Positions 11,222-20,485 of a stretch of 64,000 nucleotides of DNA are shown piece after piece (position 1 is the stretch's first letter; each line of letters opens with the position of its first letter). A program made the translations under genes and the position numbers. Source of the stretch: Candidatus Bathyarchaeota archaeon (lineage in GTDB: Archaea > Thermoproteota > Bathyarchaeia > 40CM-2-53-6); the NCBI GenBank assembly GCA_963706285.1, contig CAVPLU010000013.1, forward strand, positions 1 through 64,000, given 5' to 3'. Under the pieces are notes generated by a model. That model saw only the letters and a list, made by a program, of their open reading frames with translations. It was not told where the DNA came from and made no database searches.

Positions 11222-11549
11222 ATGATAGAGATCGAATGTAAGGAGTTCCATGGGGATCGAGACGCCTTGGCGAGGTTCTTGCGAGAGAGACTCAAAGCCG
11301 AAGTGCGAGTCGATCGTAATGTGTTCCGGATTGGATCTATCGACCGACCAGGAACTCAGCCCAGTGCACAGGAGGTCAAGGATATGGTCAAGCGGGCTCT
11401 TCACCACATGCGATTGGACGAATACCACGTTGTCGTCCAAGAAGACGTTCTCAGCATCAGAGCAACGAAAAGGTCACGAACACCATGAAAGAAAAAAGGG
11501 ATCTGCTCCTTCGGTTCGACAAACCGTGCCCTATTTCTTCCCTGGCTGA
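11222..11549 (+). CDS. eL22-like small protein (frameshift near 11460)
   Basis: LARFLRERLKAEV...VKRALHHMRLDEYHVV resembles archaeal L22e-like proteins; ORFs 11156..11488 and 11250..11549 join. Confidence 0.5.
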
Positions 11550-12128
11550 AGCTCCAGTGATACTGGACACTCTCTAGGCTGCGTAATGATGCTCGAGTTC
11601 ACTTGGATACATTGGAATTCGCCAGTCTCAGCGACTGTGATACTCTCTAGGCGCTAACTTGAGAGAAGGGGGTCCGACCGTCGCAGAGTTCGTCATCGCC
11701 CCTCAGCATCGAGGCATCTGCCTGGGACTGGCGTCGTCATACCCGGGCTTGACAATGGAATTGCAGGTTCTATAAGGTGTCGTTCGAGGAGGCGATTGTT
11801 CTCTTCGAACTCGACGTTGTTTGGAGCCTAGTGCTAGGAACTATTGGTGGCGGAGCGGGATCCAACGGCCCAGTTCGGAGCGCTGGCAAGAGGGAATCAT
11901 TCGATTTCCGTTGCGAATTTGAGCGGTGTTCCTGTTCTCTTGGATTCTCCTCACGAAGTCAAACCCACTTTCCAAACGCCCGTTTATTGAGAAAGTTCAC
12001 GAATATCTTCTGGTTCATGCAGCTTCTTGCGTGGCTCTCGGTCCTTGTCACACACGTTTAGGGAGGAGAGTCACACGATGCTTACTCGTGTCGCTCGAGA
12101 TTGTATGCTTGTGTGATAGTGATCCGAG

Positions 12129-12411
12129 ATGGGCTTCGACGTGGTCGATGCGGTCTGGTCCGCGATGAAAGACGCCGAGTATTATAGCCCTAATGATCTG
12201 GCGAATAGTCTTGAACAGCCGGTGGAGTCGGTCACTAGAGTCTTGAGGTTCTTGGAAAAGTACGAGTTCGCAGAGCAGATCACGAAAAGTGAGATGATCT
12301 TCAGAAAGCGTCAACAGTGAACTCAATCCAGCTGAGATTCTGGGTGCTCTACACTCCGTGCTGGGTAACCCAGTCCCGGACAATTCAATGCCAGGCAACG
12401 AGATGCCTTAG
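12129..12411 (+). CDS. small winged-helix-like protein (probable +1 frameshift near 12305)
   Basis: YSPNDLANSLEQPVESVTRVLRFLEKYEF has HTH-like spacing. Confidence 0.4.
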
Positions 12412-12565
12412 ACCGCACACAGCAAGTCCGTTCGTACCTGGCCGCCGGTTCTTGTCGGAGTCTGAACGAGGTCGGGTCATCTTATTTGATGTCTCTAGGA
12501 AAGCGCAAGTCTATTGAGTCATGTTTGCAGATCGTACCGCATATGTGTACTCTAGGTGATGAGAT

Positions 12566-13762
12566 TTGGAGCTCTCAAGAGAAATCGATTTCCTTTCCCG
12601 GCTTGTTGAGATCGATACGGACTCGAACCTGAAGACCGGATACTCGGCTTGTGCGGAGATTATCAGGAAGGAGGCCGAGTCTATCGGGCTGAGGACTGAG
12701 ACATATGACTCAGTCGAAATCTCTCCAGACAAGAAGCCTAGGCCAAGCATAATCGCTCGCCTTGATGTGGGTGCGCAGGAAACGATTCTTGTAGCAACGC
12801 ATTACGATGTCGTGGCTGCGGGTACAGGCTGGCGCCACAATCCGTACCAACTCAGTGTGGAAGGTGAGAGAGCTTTCGGACGCGGGGCCGCCGACGATAA
12901 GGGAGCCATCGCATGCGCGATGGGAGCGCTACGCGAGTTGAAAACCATGTCCCCGAAGGCGAATGTCGTCTTCATGGCATGTCCGGACGAGGAAGTGGGA
13001 GGGGAACTAGGCCTCGGATATGTAGTCAACCATGCAAAGATACGCGGGGAGGCAGCAATTGTGCTTGATGCTTCGCCATCGGTTGTTTCGATGGGTGCCA
13101 GCGGCCTACTGTGGGGCAAGGTTACCGTGAAGGGGAGACAAGGCCATGCCGGGTATCCACATCTAGCACAGAACGCAATAGATGAAGCGATTCCATTTCT
13201 CGAAAAACTCTCCAAGTATTCGAAGATCCGAGAGCGAGTTAGATCCAAGATCTCGGCACCTCCTGGATCTCCTCACAAACAGATTTGGGGAAGGTTCTCC
13301 ATTACCATGCTGAACGCGGGCGAGAAAGAGAACATCATTCCAGGAGAATGCGAAGCAAGGTTTGACATGCGCGTATGCCCTGATGAGAACTATGAAAAAG
13401 CGAAGAGAAACCTAGAGAAGTACTTCATGAAGATTCGATCTTCACAGAAAGTGAAGGCGACGCTTGAGTTCACGCAGCAAACGCCGTCCAACTACTTCAC
13501 AGATCCTAAAGATCCAATTGTACGTGGGTTCTCTCGAGCAGCGAGAGAGGCCTATGGGAGAAGAATTCCCGTGGCGGGAGAACTCGGTGGAAACGACGGC
13601 CACTTTTTCCGTAAGGTTGGAATTCCGGTCGTTAGTTTCGGTCCAATTCGTGACGATTGCAGATTTCATGGCGTAGACGAATTCGTCTATCTCAAAGACA
13701 TCGAACTTGTCAAGAGGGCACTCGTGAACCTATTCATCAATTGGGGCGACAGGGCCGCATGA
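12566..13762 (+). CDS. M20 family metallopeptidase (ArgE/DapE-like)
   Basis: THYDVV, GRGAADDKG, DEEVGG, GHAG and HGVDE motifs. Confidence 0.92.
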   Translation: MELSREIDFLSRLVEIDTDSNLKTGYSACAEIIRKEAESIGLRTETYDSVEISPDKKPRPSIIARLDVGAQETILVATHYDVVAAGTGWRHNPYQLSVEGERAFGRGAADDKGAIACAMGALRELKTMSPKANVVFMACPDEEVGGELGLGYVVNHAKIRGEAAIVLDASPSVVSMGASGLLWGKVTVKGRQGHAGYPHLAQNAIDEAIPFLEKLSKYSKIRERVRSKISAPPGSPHKQIWGRFSITMLNAGEKENIIPGECEARFDMRVCPDENYEKAKRNLEKYFMKIRSSQKVKATLEFTQQTPSNYFTDPKDPIVRGFSRAAREAYGRRIPVAGELGGNDGHFFRKVGIPVVSFGPIRDDCRFHGVDEFVYLKDIELVKRALVNLFINWGDRAA

Positions 13763-13791
13763 AGCATATGTCTATTGGGCAAAATTCATCT

Positions 13792-14118
13792 TTACCGTCG
13801 TTGAATCCGGACCCCAAGTCCAAGTCCCTTTATCGTGCCTGATGATCGGACAACCATCGCTGCAGCAGGCTCTCCGCCGACACGCGAGATCATCGCGAGT
13901 GCAGCCCGCAGTTTCTGCACCGATTTCGCTGAGCAACGAATCACAGCTTTCTCGCCTGTCGAGTTGAGGCCGATCATTCGCGTCTTTATCTCTGCAGATC
14001 CAAACTTGCCGTAACTCTGCTCAACCGAACGATAGACGGCTTCTTCGAAGGTTTGTACCGAGGCTGGGTCCTTGGTTAGAACTCTAACGAGCAGGTATCG
14101 ATGCCCTGTTCTATTCGT
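13792..14118 (-). CDS. rnp2: RNase P protein Rpp14/Pop5 (apparent ACG at the expected start)
   Basis: RYLLVRV, GKFGSAE, VIRC, LRAALA, RSSGTIK. Confidence 0.8.
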   Translation of the reverse strand, partial: TNRTGHRYLLVRVLTKDPASVQTFEEAVYRSVEQSYGKFGSAEIKTRMIGLNSTGEKAVIRCSAKSVQKLRAALAMISRVGGEPAAAMVVRSSGTIKGLGLGVRIQRR

Positions 14119-14824
14119 TGTTTGTCGACCTCTTAATGATCTTGACGCCTTCGTCCACTTGTGGATCTCCAATTCTCAGACGGTTCTCATTGACAATCGC
14201 GACGGGCGTCTCTGAGACGCTTTTCAAAGCAGCTTCTGGAGGTAAACCAAGCATTTCTAGGATGGCGGCCACGTCCTTTGGAGCCCTCAGCCCGAACGAG
14301 TTTGAGGCGTTGGTGGACCCAATGACTCGGGTGCTCGTTTCGGCTGCAATCTCGATCTGGCGCCTCAATCCATGAAGTCTCGTTTCGAATTCAAGCGATT
14401 GAGTCAGCTCGGACATGTCTATCTCTAGTGCGGCGCGGCAGGTGCTAGCCAAGTTTCTTCGAAAAGTGCTTCCCGACCTCTGTTTTGGGAACCGCACGAT
14501 GTCGACTCGTTTGTCTCGCACCGCGACTCTAGAAACAGATGGGGTAGTACATTCAACTGCGATTATCTCATATTTGCTCCTGAGCTTGCGCAGGCTTCTC
14601 AGTAGCTCCTCACGAGATCTAGGCTTCAAGTTCAATCGCTTGGCCACATCAATGCCCACGTCCCTAAATGAGTTCAATGCCGGCGGCGTCGGCGTCAACC
14701 TGTCAGGGGAAATCACCAACCCGACAATTCCGGTCCGAATCTCCTTGAGAATACCAGCCATAGAGTGTGCGTTCGCAACATCGTCCAATAGAGGGCAGAG
14801 GTGCAGGTCAGCGTAGATTCTCAT
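14111..14824 (-). CDS. rnp3: RNase P protein Rpp30
   Basis: YADLHL, EIIAVEC, DKRVDIV, LRAPKD; operon position. Confidence 0.85.
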   Translation of the reverse strand: MRIYADLHLCPLLDDVANAHSMAGILKEIRTGIVGLVISPDRLTPTPPALNSFRDVGIDVAKRLNLKPRSREELLRSLRKLRSKYEIIAVECTTPSVSRVAVRDKRVDIVRFPKQRSGSTFRRNLASTCRAALEIDMSELTQSLEFETRLHGLRRQIEIAAETSTRVIGSTNASNSFGLRAPKDVAAILEMLGLPPEAALKSVSETPVAIVNENRLRIGDPQVDEGVKIIKRSTNNE

Positions 14825-15276
14825 GATGCGAGTCCACTCTCCCTGCAGAGATCAACGATCTTGGCAGCGTCGTATCCGGGAATAAACCGCAGTTTCATTC
14901 GAATGGGATCGGCTTGGTGAAGCTTGATCCTTTGCAAGCAAGCCTCTTGCTTGTCAAACCGGAGGTAGAGGTTACCATCCTCGTCCACACAGCTTCTGAT
15001 CTCGCTGCCGAGGAACTCACTGTCCGACTCCGAAAGCTTCTGCGATAGGAGCTCGAGCGCGTCTGTGCGCAGCCCTCTTGCTGCGAGTCTTGCCGTTATC
15101 GTAGTGATTACGTTTCCATGATGCCCTTTCACGTATTGCCGGGTGAGGTTGACTTGGCCTCTTGCGATGACCTGAACGACAAAAGTTGCAGCGTCTTCCA
15201 CTCTTTTGATATCTTCCGTTGCGTGGGCGACCACGCTGAACTGTGCCGAGAGAAATGGTGTCTTCTCAGGTACCAT
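14821..15276 (-). CDS. predicted exosome-associated RNA-binding protein (DUF54/COG1325)
   Basis: AHATED, GHHGN and LYLRFDKQ motifs. Confidence 0.85.
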   Translation of the reverse strand: MVPEKTPFLSAQFSVVAHATEDIKRVEDAATFVVQVIARGQVNLTRQYVKGHHGNVITTITARLAARGLRTDALELLSQKLSESDSEFLGSEIRSCVDEDGNLYLRFDKQEACLQRIKLHQADPIRMKLRFIPGYDAAKIVDLCRESGLAS

Positions 15277-15481
15277 CGCGGAGCCCGACTTGGGGAACGC
15301 TCTTGTCTAGGTGCCTTTTACTAGTTGCTACATTGAAGTCGCCAACGAGGGTCTAAGGTGAACAAGTTGACTGAACCCTCAAACGAAACCTGTCTATGTT
15401 GGCGAGGCGGCCATTGGCGATCGCTTTCTGAGGTGTGGAACCTGTGAGCGAGGCGACGCCTAGACGTGAAAACAGAATATT

Positions 15482-15503
15482 GTTGGGGCTCGGTCGCCCC
15501 AAC
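15482..15503. terminator. GC-rich hairpin downstream of the 15523..16044 gene
   Basis: GTTGGGGC-6 nt-GCCCCAAC perfect 8-bp stem. Confidence 0.3.
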
Positions 15504-15522
15504 TGCCCCCTGTACTATTAAC

Positions 15523-16044
15523 TCATGGACCTACAAATACGAGATCGTAGCAGAACCATAGAATCAAGACTTCCAGAACAAACGATATGATCGTCAGTAA
15601 TCCGCCGCGTTTGTCGGCAAGCGATGCGAACCATGTTGCCCAAGGATTTTTCTTGCGTACCCAACTGTAGGCGGCTGAATGAAGCCTGAACGTCTCTCGT
15701 TCAGGGGAAATATAGCCCTTTTCCAGATCCTCCTTGAGACTAGTTGCCATTAGCGTTTCTCTGTTCGAGGCAAGGGAGTTGGCCACCAATATAATTGCGT
15801 GAGAAAGATGCCCCCAATAGAGAGTGCGTCCAAGAGTTCTGACAAATGCTGCAATCACAATCGAAAGGCCGAACACAAGGGCCAATTTCTGCAACTTCAA
15901 TCCCGCAATCGCTAGGCCGACTAGGGCAAAAGTAAGGAGAAGCGTGACATGAGCAGCTGCCTGCATGGAGTAGTGTCCGAGAAGCGCATTTCGCGTATTC
16001 CACTCTTCTTCTGAGCTCACTTTCTCAAGCCTCGCCTTTAACAT
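15523..16044 (-). CDS. hypothetical membrane protein
   Basis: 173-aa ORF with about 3 TM segments. Confidence 0.6.
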   Translation of the reverse strand: MLKARLEKVSSEEEWNTRNALLGHYSMQAAAHVTLLLTFALVGLAIAGLKLQKLALVFGLSIVIAAFVRTLGRTLYWGHLSHAIILVANSLASNRETLMATSLKEDLEKGYISPERETFRLHSAAYSWVRKKNPWATWFASLADKRGGLLTIISFVLEVLILWFCYDLVFVGP

Positions 16045-16060
16045 AAATCCCCTTTAGTTG

Positions 16061-16777
16061 TTATTTGGCTTGTTCGGCAGGTTGTGCCGTGATTCTGTCT
16101 TGTGCTTTGCTTAGGACTTTGAGTAGAAAATCAACGAACATTATGATTTCAACGATCTCGGCACCTGCGAACCCTTCCAAGTATCGGTGCGAAGGAGGGT
16201 TTCGGAGCATCATATACGCGGACCGAAAGATTTGGTGAACCGCCTGCCTCTCGGACGACGTCTCTCCAAACACTAGCTTTCCTCTCTCCGGGTGGAACGC
16301 GTCTTCCATTAGGTCTGTACCGACTCGTTCGGGTCCAGCGTTTATTCTGTTTCGTACACGAACCTCAAGCACGAGGAAAGCTGACCTTATGGCATCTTCA
16401 TACGATTTGTCAAGACATGAACGAGCGAGTTCAGGGTCGATAATCTCCGTAAGTTGAGAAACGAAAGCTCGATCAACTATTCTTTCGAAAAGGTCGCTGG
16501 CTTCGGTTACCTTCCCCAATGTGGTCAGCAAATACAGATCCTGGATGGGATCTCTCATTATCAGGTTCCGTAGTTGCAGCAGCTGGAAAGCCTCTTGGGC
16601 GACGAGTAGGTCAAGGTCGTTGAAGTGGTGCGCACTACTTTTCCAAGGGCGTGAGGCATTAGGCTGATTCTTCTTGAACTCCTCGAAGATCCGACGGGCT
16701 GCTTTCTTGATGTCAAGACTTGACAAGTAGGGTCTGCATAGATTTCCTGGATGAGTCCGATATATGCCTGAACCCAA
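16061..16777 (-). CDS. TIGR02391/Ymh-like domain protein
   Basis: DAIRSAFLVLEVRVR, GTDLMEDAF, ERQ and LRNPPSH motifs; start uncertain. Confidence 0.75.
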   Translation of the reverse strand: MGSGIYRTHPGNLCRPYLSSLDIKKAARRIFEEFKKNQPNASRPWKSSAHHFNDLDLLVAQEAFQLLQLRNLIMRDPIQDLYLLTTLGKVTEASDLFERIVDRAFVSQLTEIIDPELARSCLDKSYEDAIRSAFLVLEVRVRNRINAGPERVGTDLMEDAFHPERGKLVFGETSSERQAVHQIFRSAYMMLRNPPSHRYLEGFAGAEIVEIIMFVDFLLKVLSKAQDRITAQPAEQAK

Positions 16778-17008
16778 AAGGAACGGAAAACCTGGGCCAA
16801 ACAGCTCAGCCCTATGTGGAGCGTTTTGTTCAGAGCGCTCTACCGTCGCCGTTCCTCATTCTCCTGCGACGGAATCAATACCATTCATAGCCAATGAGAG
16901 AATAGAAGTCAATCAGCAGGCGCGGCCGAAACTAGCCCTTCGTACAAGTAAGGAAACCCTTACTTTCAGCTAGATCGAAGGTTTGGGGCTCTATGAAAGG
17001 GATTCTGT

Positions 17009-17371
17009 ATGGATGAGTTTCAGTTCAAGCAGGTAATCGCTGTCAGACGAGACTTGGAAATGGGGAAGGGCAAGACTGCTGTTCAAGTTGCTCACGCTGC
17101 CGTTTCGGCTGCTGAAGAGGCCCGCAAGAGGTTCACGGACTGGTGGGAGACATGGATGAGAGAGGGCCAATGCAAGGTGGCAGTCAGGGTTGGCTCTGAG
17201 GAAGAAATCCTTCAGTTGGAGAGGAAATCAAGGGAACTGCGTCTACCCTTGGCCCTAATTAGAGATAGGGGCTTGACCCAAATTGAGCCGGGAACGACAA
17301 CTTGTCTTGGAATAGGTCCAGCTCCATCTTCAGTGATCGACACGCTGACAGGGAATCTGAGTCTACTTTGA
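17009..17371 (+). CDS. pth2: peptidyl-tRNA hydrolase Pth2
   Basis: KQVIAVRRDLEMGKGKTAVQVAHA, DRGLTQI, GIGP. Confidence 0.95.
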   Translation: MDEFQFKQVIAVRRDLEMGKGKTAVQVAHAAVSAAEEARKRFTDWWETWMREGQCKVAVRVGSEEEILQLERKSRELRLPLALIRDRGLTQIEPGTTTCLGIGPAPSSVIDTLTGNLSLL

Positions 17372-17374
17372 CTG

Positions 17375-18175
17375 TCACTTCTTGGGAAGTATGGTGGTCC
17401 ATCTCCCATGCTTGCCTTCTAGGATCGGCAAGAGATTCTCAGGCTTCCTGAGATTCATGATCACGACGCGCACCCCACTTCTGGCAGCACGCTCCGCCTC
17501 GAAAAGCTTGCCCTGCATCCCTGCAGTAACGTCAGGCATTCTCGACATCAGAGCCGATCCTGCAAAATTCCGTATGTCATGACAAGGAATAGTGTCTAGC
17601 AGCGCGGCATCTCTGCATATTTTTGGATCTGAGGAGTAGAGACCGTCCACATCGGTTCCGTAGATTATCATCGAGGCTCCTACTCGCGGAGCGATCCAAG
17701 ATGCCATCTGGTCCGCCGATATTACGCTCCAGCCTTGGTCCAAATCTGGAACCAAGTCGCCGCCGAAGATTGGAACAAGACCCAAGTTCAAGAACTGGCG
17801 GATCGGAGCGATCTCGGATCTGTACAGTCTGCCTGATCGGGCCACCATGAAGCTGGATGGAGTGAACGGCACAACGGGAATCCTGTGACTGCACAAGACC
17901 GATGCCAGTATCTCCTGCAGTCTTAGGAGTTGCAGTTTTGTCGCTGCAAGGCTTTGTATCTTCTTTTTGCTGAAACCTTTGTCGAGTCCTGAACGCTTCA
18001 CTGGTATGTGCCCAAACGAGCCGGCGCCGTTCAGAAGAATGAGTCTGGTTCGAATTTGTGCAAGTGTTCTCGCTATTTTGTGCATTGAACGGTAGTTCGC
18101 CTTGAAGGCTAGTCTCTTGTCCGTTATTACGGATCCGCCAAGTTTGATAATTACGGTTCTGACCTTGCGAGCCAA
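17375..18175 (-). CDS. isopentenyl phosphate kinase
   Basis: IIKLGGSVITDK, GAGSFGH, SADQ, DVTAGMQGKL; TTG start at 18175. Confidence 0.88.
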   Translation of the reverse strand: MARKVRTVIIKLGGSVITDKRLAFKANYRSMHKIARTLAQIRTRLILLNGAGSFGHIPVKRSGLDKGFSKKKIQSLAATKLQLLRLQEILASVLCSHRIPVVPFTPSSFMVARSGRLYRSEIAPIRQFLNLGLVPIFGGDLVPDLDQGWSVISADQMASWIAPRVGASMIIYGTDVDGLYSSDPKICRDAALLDTIPCHDIRNFAGSALMSRMPDVTAGMQGKLFEAERAARSGVRVVIMNLRKPENLLPILEGKHGRWTTILPKK

Positions 18176-18234
18176 TCGCGGCTTACCGGAGGTATGTTGG
18201 TGGTTTAGGAAAAATAAGGGCTCTGCTCTGCCGC

Positions 18235-18586
18235 CTACCGTTTGCGCTTCGTCTGCTGCCTTGGTCCGAGGCTTGGCTCTCTTCTTACTTGGTGTGGCGC
18301 TTCTCTTTGGTTTGGCGACAAGACTAGGCGCTTCCACTGAAGGTTCGGGCGCTTCAGTCTTGTGGGTCAGAGAGGCTAAGAACGCGGTAAGGGATGATAC
18401 GTTCTGTGCATGAACGGTCGATCTGCGTGGGTCTATCCTGATTCCCATCGAACGCGCCTGCGATTCTTGAAGCCCAGCTTGTTTGAGCTCATCTACCGAG
18501 AAACCTCGACCCTTCCTAAGCTTGTTTCTTCCATGCAGAAATCTTGAGACCAATGGAGACGGCGGTGGTGCTGTTGACAATTCCAT
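18235..18586 (-). CDS. rpl13e: 50S ribosomal protein L13e (+1 error near 18260 hides its stop)
   Basis: RKGRGFSVDELKQAGL...GIRIDPRRST; shifted frame ends KQQTKRKR* at 18235. Confidence 0.85.
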
Positions 18587-18592
18587 TCACTC

Positions 18593-19060
18593 TCATGCAT
18601 GAAGCGCTAGGGCGTGCCTAATTGTCCCGTCCTTCTTGACGGAAGGATGGTTCGAATCAACCAGCACCACTTCAAACCACTTGCTCGTCCCGTCTTCCCA
18701 CAAGTAGTAGGAATTCAGAACTGAAAGGTTGGGAAAGTGCTTCGCCACTCGCTCCTCTGCTATGCGCTTGAGGCTCTTTGCTCTCGTAAACTTGGTTACA
18801 CCAAGTGCTCTTGGTCTTCGTCCCGACGATGGGCGCTTCTTTCTAGCCCCGCCCTTTCTGACGCGCACCCTTGCCACGACAAAGCCTTGCTGTGTTCGGT
18901 ATCCCAGACTCCTCGCGCGGTCAGGTCGAGTCGGGTATTGTATACGCTTGATGACTCTGTCTCTCCTCCAAGAGATCGCGGCTTGGCGAAGGTGTTGATC
19001 GAACTCAGTATTCTCGCGCTTCTTCCACGCCTTGGACATATGCTTGTATGCACCCATCAT
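18593..19060 (-). CDS. rpl15e: 50S ribosomal protein L15e
   Basis: PTRPDRARSLGY, IAEERVA, VLNSY, KWFEVVLVD. Confidence 0.96.
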   Translation of the reverse strand: MMGAYKHMSKAWKKRENTEFDQHLRQAAISWRRDRVIKRIQYPTRPDRARSLGYRTQQGFVVARVRVRKGGARKKRPSSGRRPRALGVTKFTRAKSLKRIAEERVAKHFPNLSVLNSYYLWEDGTSKWFEVVLVDSNHPSVKKDGTIRHALALHA

Positions 19061-19260
19061 ATTTCGCCGACCTTTAGCCTTCCTGTCTCAACGTTACGGA
19101 TTGTCACCACACATGAAAACCGCTCGATAAAGCTTGTCCCAACCGAATATCGGGCTCTTGGCTTTGCTCGTCGCAGTCGCATCCGCTCGCGGTACGGCGG
19201 GTGAAACAAAGACATCATTAGGCAATTCTACACATCTTGTAAGAGAAAATGTGATGCAAT

Positions 19261-20469
19261 GTGGGCTTCTGCGTAGGAGTCGTCGGAAAACCTAACGTTG
19301 GCAAAAGCACATTCTTCAGCGCAGCGACACTCGCGCATGTGGCAATCGCCAACTACCCGTTCACCACGATCAAACCAAACAGAGGAATGGCCTACGTTAG
19401 GAGTCCTTGCGTATGCAGGGAATTCGGAGTTCAGGATAGCCCCGCCAATTCTGCATGCATTGACGGGATACGGCTGATTCCTGTGGAGCTTGTTGACTGC
19501 GCAGGACTGGTGCCAGGCGCATGGCAGGGAAGAGGCTTAGGTAACCAGTTCCTGGACGAAATTCGACAAGCTGATGCGCTCATACACATAGTCGACGCGG
19601 CCGGGGCGACGGACATTGAGGGAAAACCTTGCAATGTCGGTGCACATGACCCCCGAGAAGATGTCGAGTTCCTTGAAAAGGAGCTTGACATGTGGCTTCT
19701 TCAGATCGTCAGGAAGGATTGGGATAAGACTGTAAAGAGGGTCGAAGGGATGAAGGAAGATCTTGCTTCGGTCCTTGAGGAGAGACTGAGCGGGCTTGGT
19801 GTCAGACGAGGCCACGTCGCTAAGATTCTGAACGATCTTAGCTTAGATGCAGCGCATCCAAGTAGATGGACGGATGACCAGCAGCTGAGGTTCGTTCATG
19901 AGGTAAGACGGGCTACAAAGCCGATGCTCATAGCTGCTAACAAGATTGATGTCCCAATTGCGAAAGAGAATACAGGAGTCCTAGAGAAGCTCGGTTACCC
20001 GGTGATTCCGTGCTGCGCGGAAGCAGAGTTGGCCCTGAGGAGGACTGCTGAGAAAGGCTTAACGGACTACAGGCCTGGCGACAGCAACTTCAAGGTCTTG
20101 GGCCAAGCCATGTCTGCCGAACAACAGGCAGCGTTGGATAGGATACGAGAGAAGATACTGATACCATGGGGATCTACTGGAGTTCAAGCCGCAATTGACT
20201 ATGCTTTCTTCAATATGTTGACAATGATTACTGTGTATCCCGTTGAGGACTCTGAGAACCTCGCGGACCACAAGGGGCGAGTACTGCCCGATGCGTACCT
20301 TGTCCCGTTCGGCACTACGGCAAAGCAGTTCGCTGGAATGATCCACTCGGACTTGGGAGAAGGTTTCCTGTACGCGATCGAAGTAAGATCGAAAATGAGG
20401 ATCGGTGAGGAACACGTGTTGAAGGATCGCGATGTCATTTCGATCGTGAGTGCGAAGAAACGAGGATAG
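19261..20469 (+). CDS. ychF: YchF/Ola1-like GTPase/ATPase
   Basis: GKPNVGKST, YPFTTIKPN, DCAG, NKID, C-terminal TGS domain. Confidence 0.93.
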   Translation: MGFCVGVVGKPNVGKSTFFSAATLAHVAIANYPFTTIKPNRGMAYVRSPCVCREFGVQDSPANSACIDGIRLIPVELVDCAGLVPGAWQGRGLGNQFLDEIRQADALIHIVDAAGATDIEGKPCNVGAHDPREDVEFLEKELDMWLLQIVRKDWDKTVKRVEGMKEDLASVLEERLSGLGVRRGHVAKILNDLSLDAAHPSRWTDDQQLRFVHEVRRATKPMLIAANKIDVPIAKENTGVLEKLGYPVIPCCAEAELALRRTAEKGLTDYRPGDSNFKVLGQAMSAEQQAALDRIREKILIPWGSTGVQAAIDYAFFNMLTMITVYPVEDSENLADHKGRVLPDAYLVPFGTTAKQFAGMIHSDLGEGFLYAIEVRSKMRIGEEHVLKDRDVISIVSAKKRG

Positions 20470-20485
20470 CGTCCGATCTCAGGCG

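Noticed and set aside
11557-11760. Short duplicated motif (gtgatac...tctctagg) and GC hairpins as ncRNA or CRISPR
   Set aside because: Only two imperfect copies, no regular spacers, and no SRP or RNase P RNA signature recognised.
17375-18586. Apparent L13e-isopentenyl phosphate kinase fusion
   Set aside because: A shifted frame ends L13e at TAG 18235, followed by an AT-rich spacer and a TTG start for IPK; a single-base error suffices.
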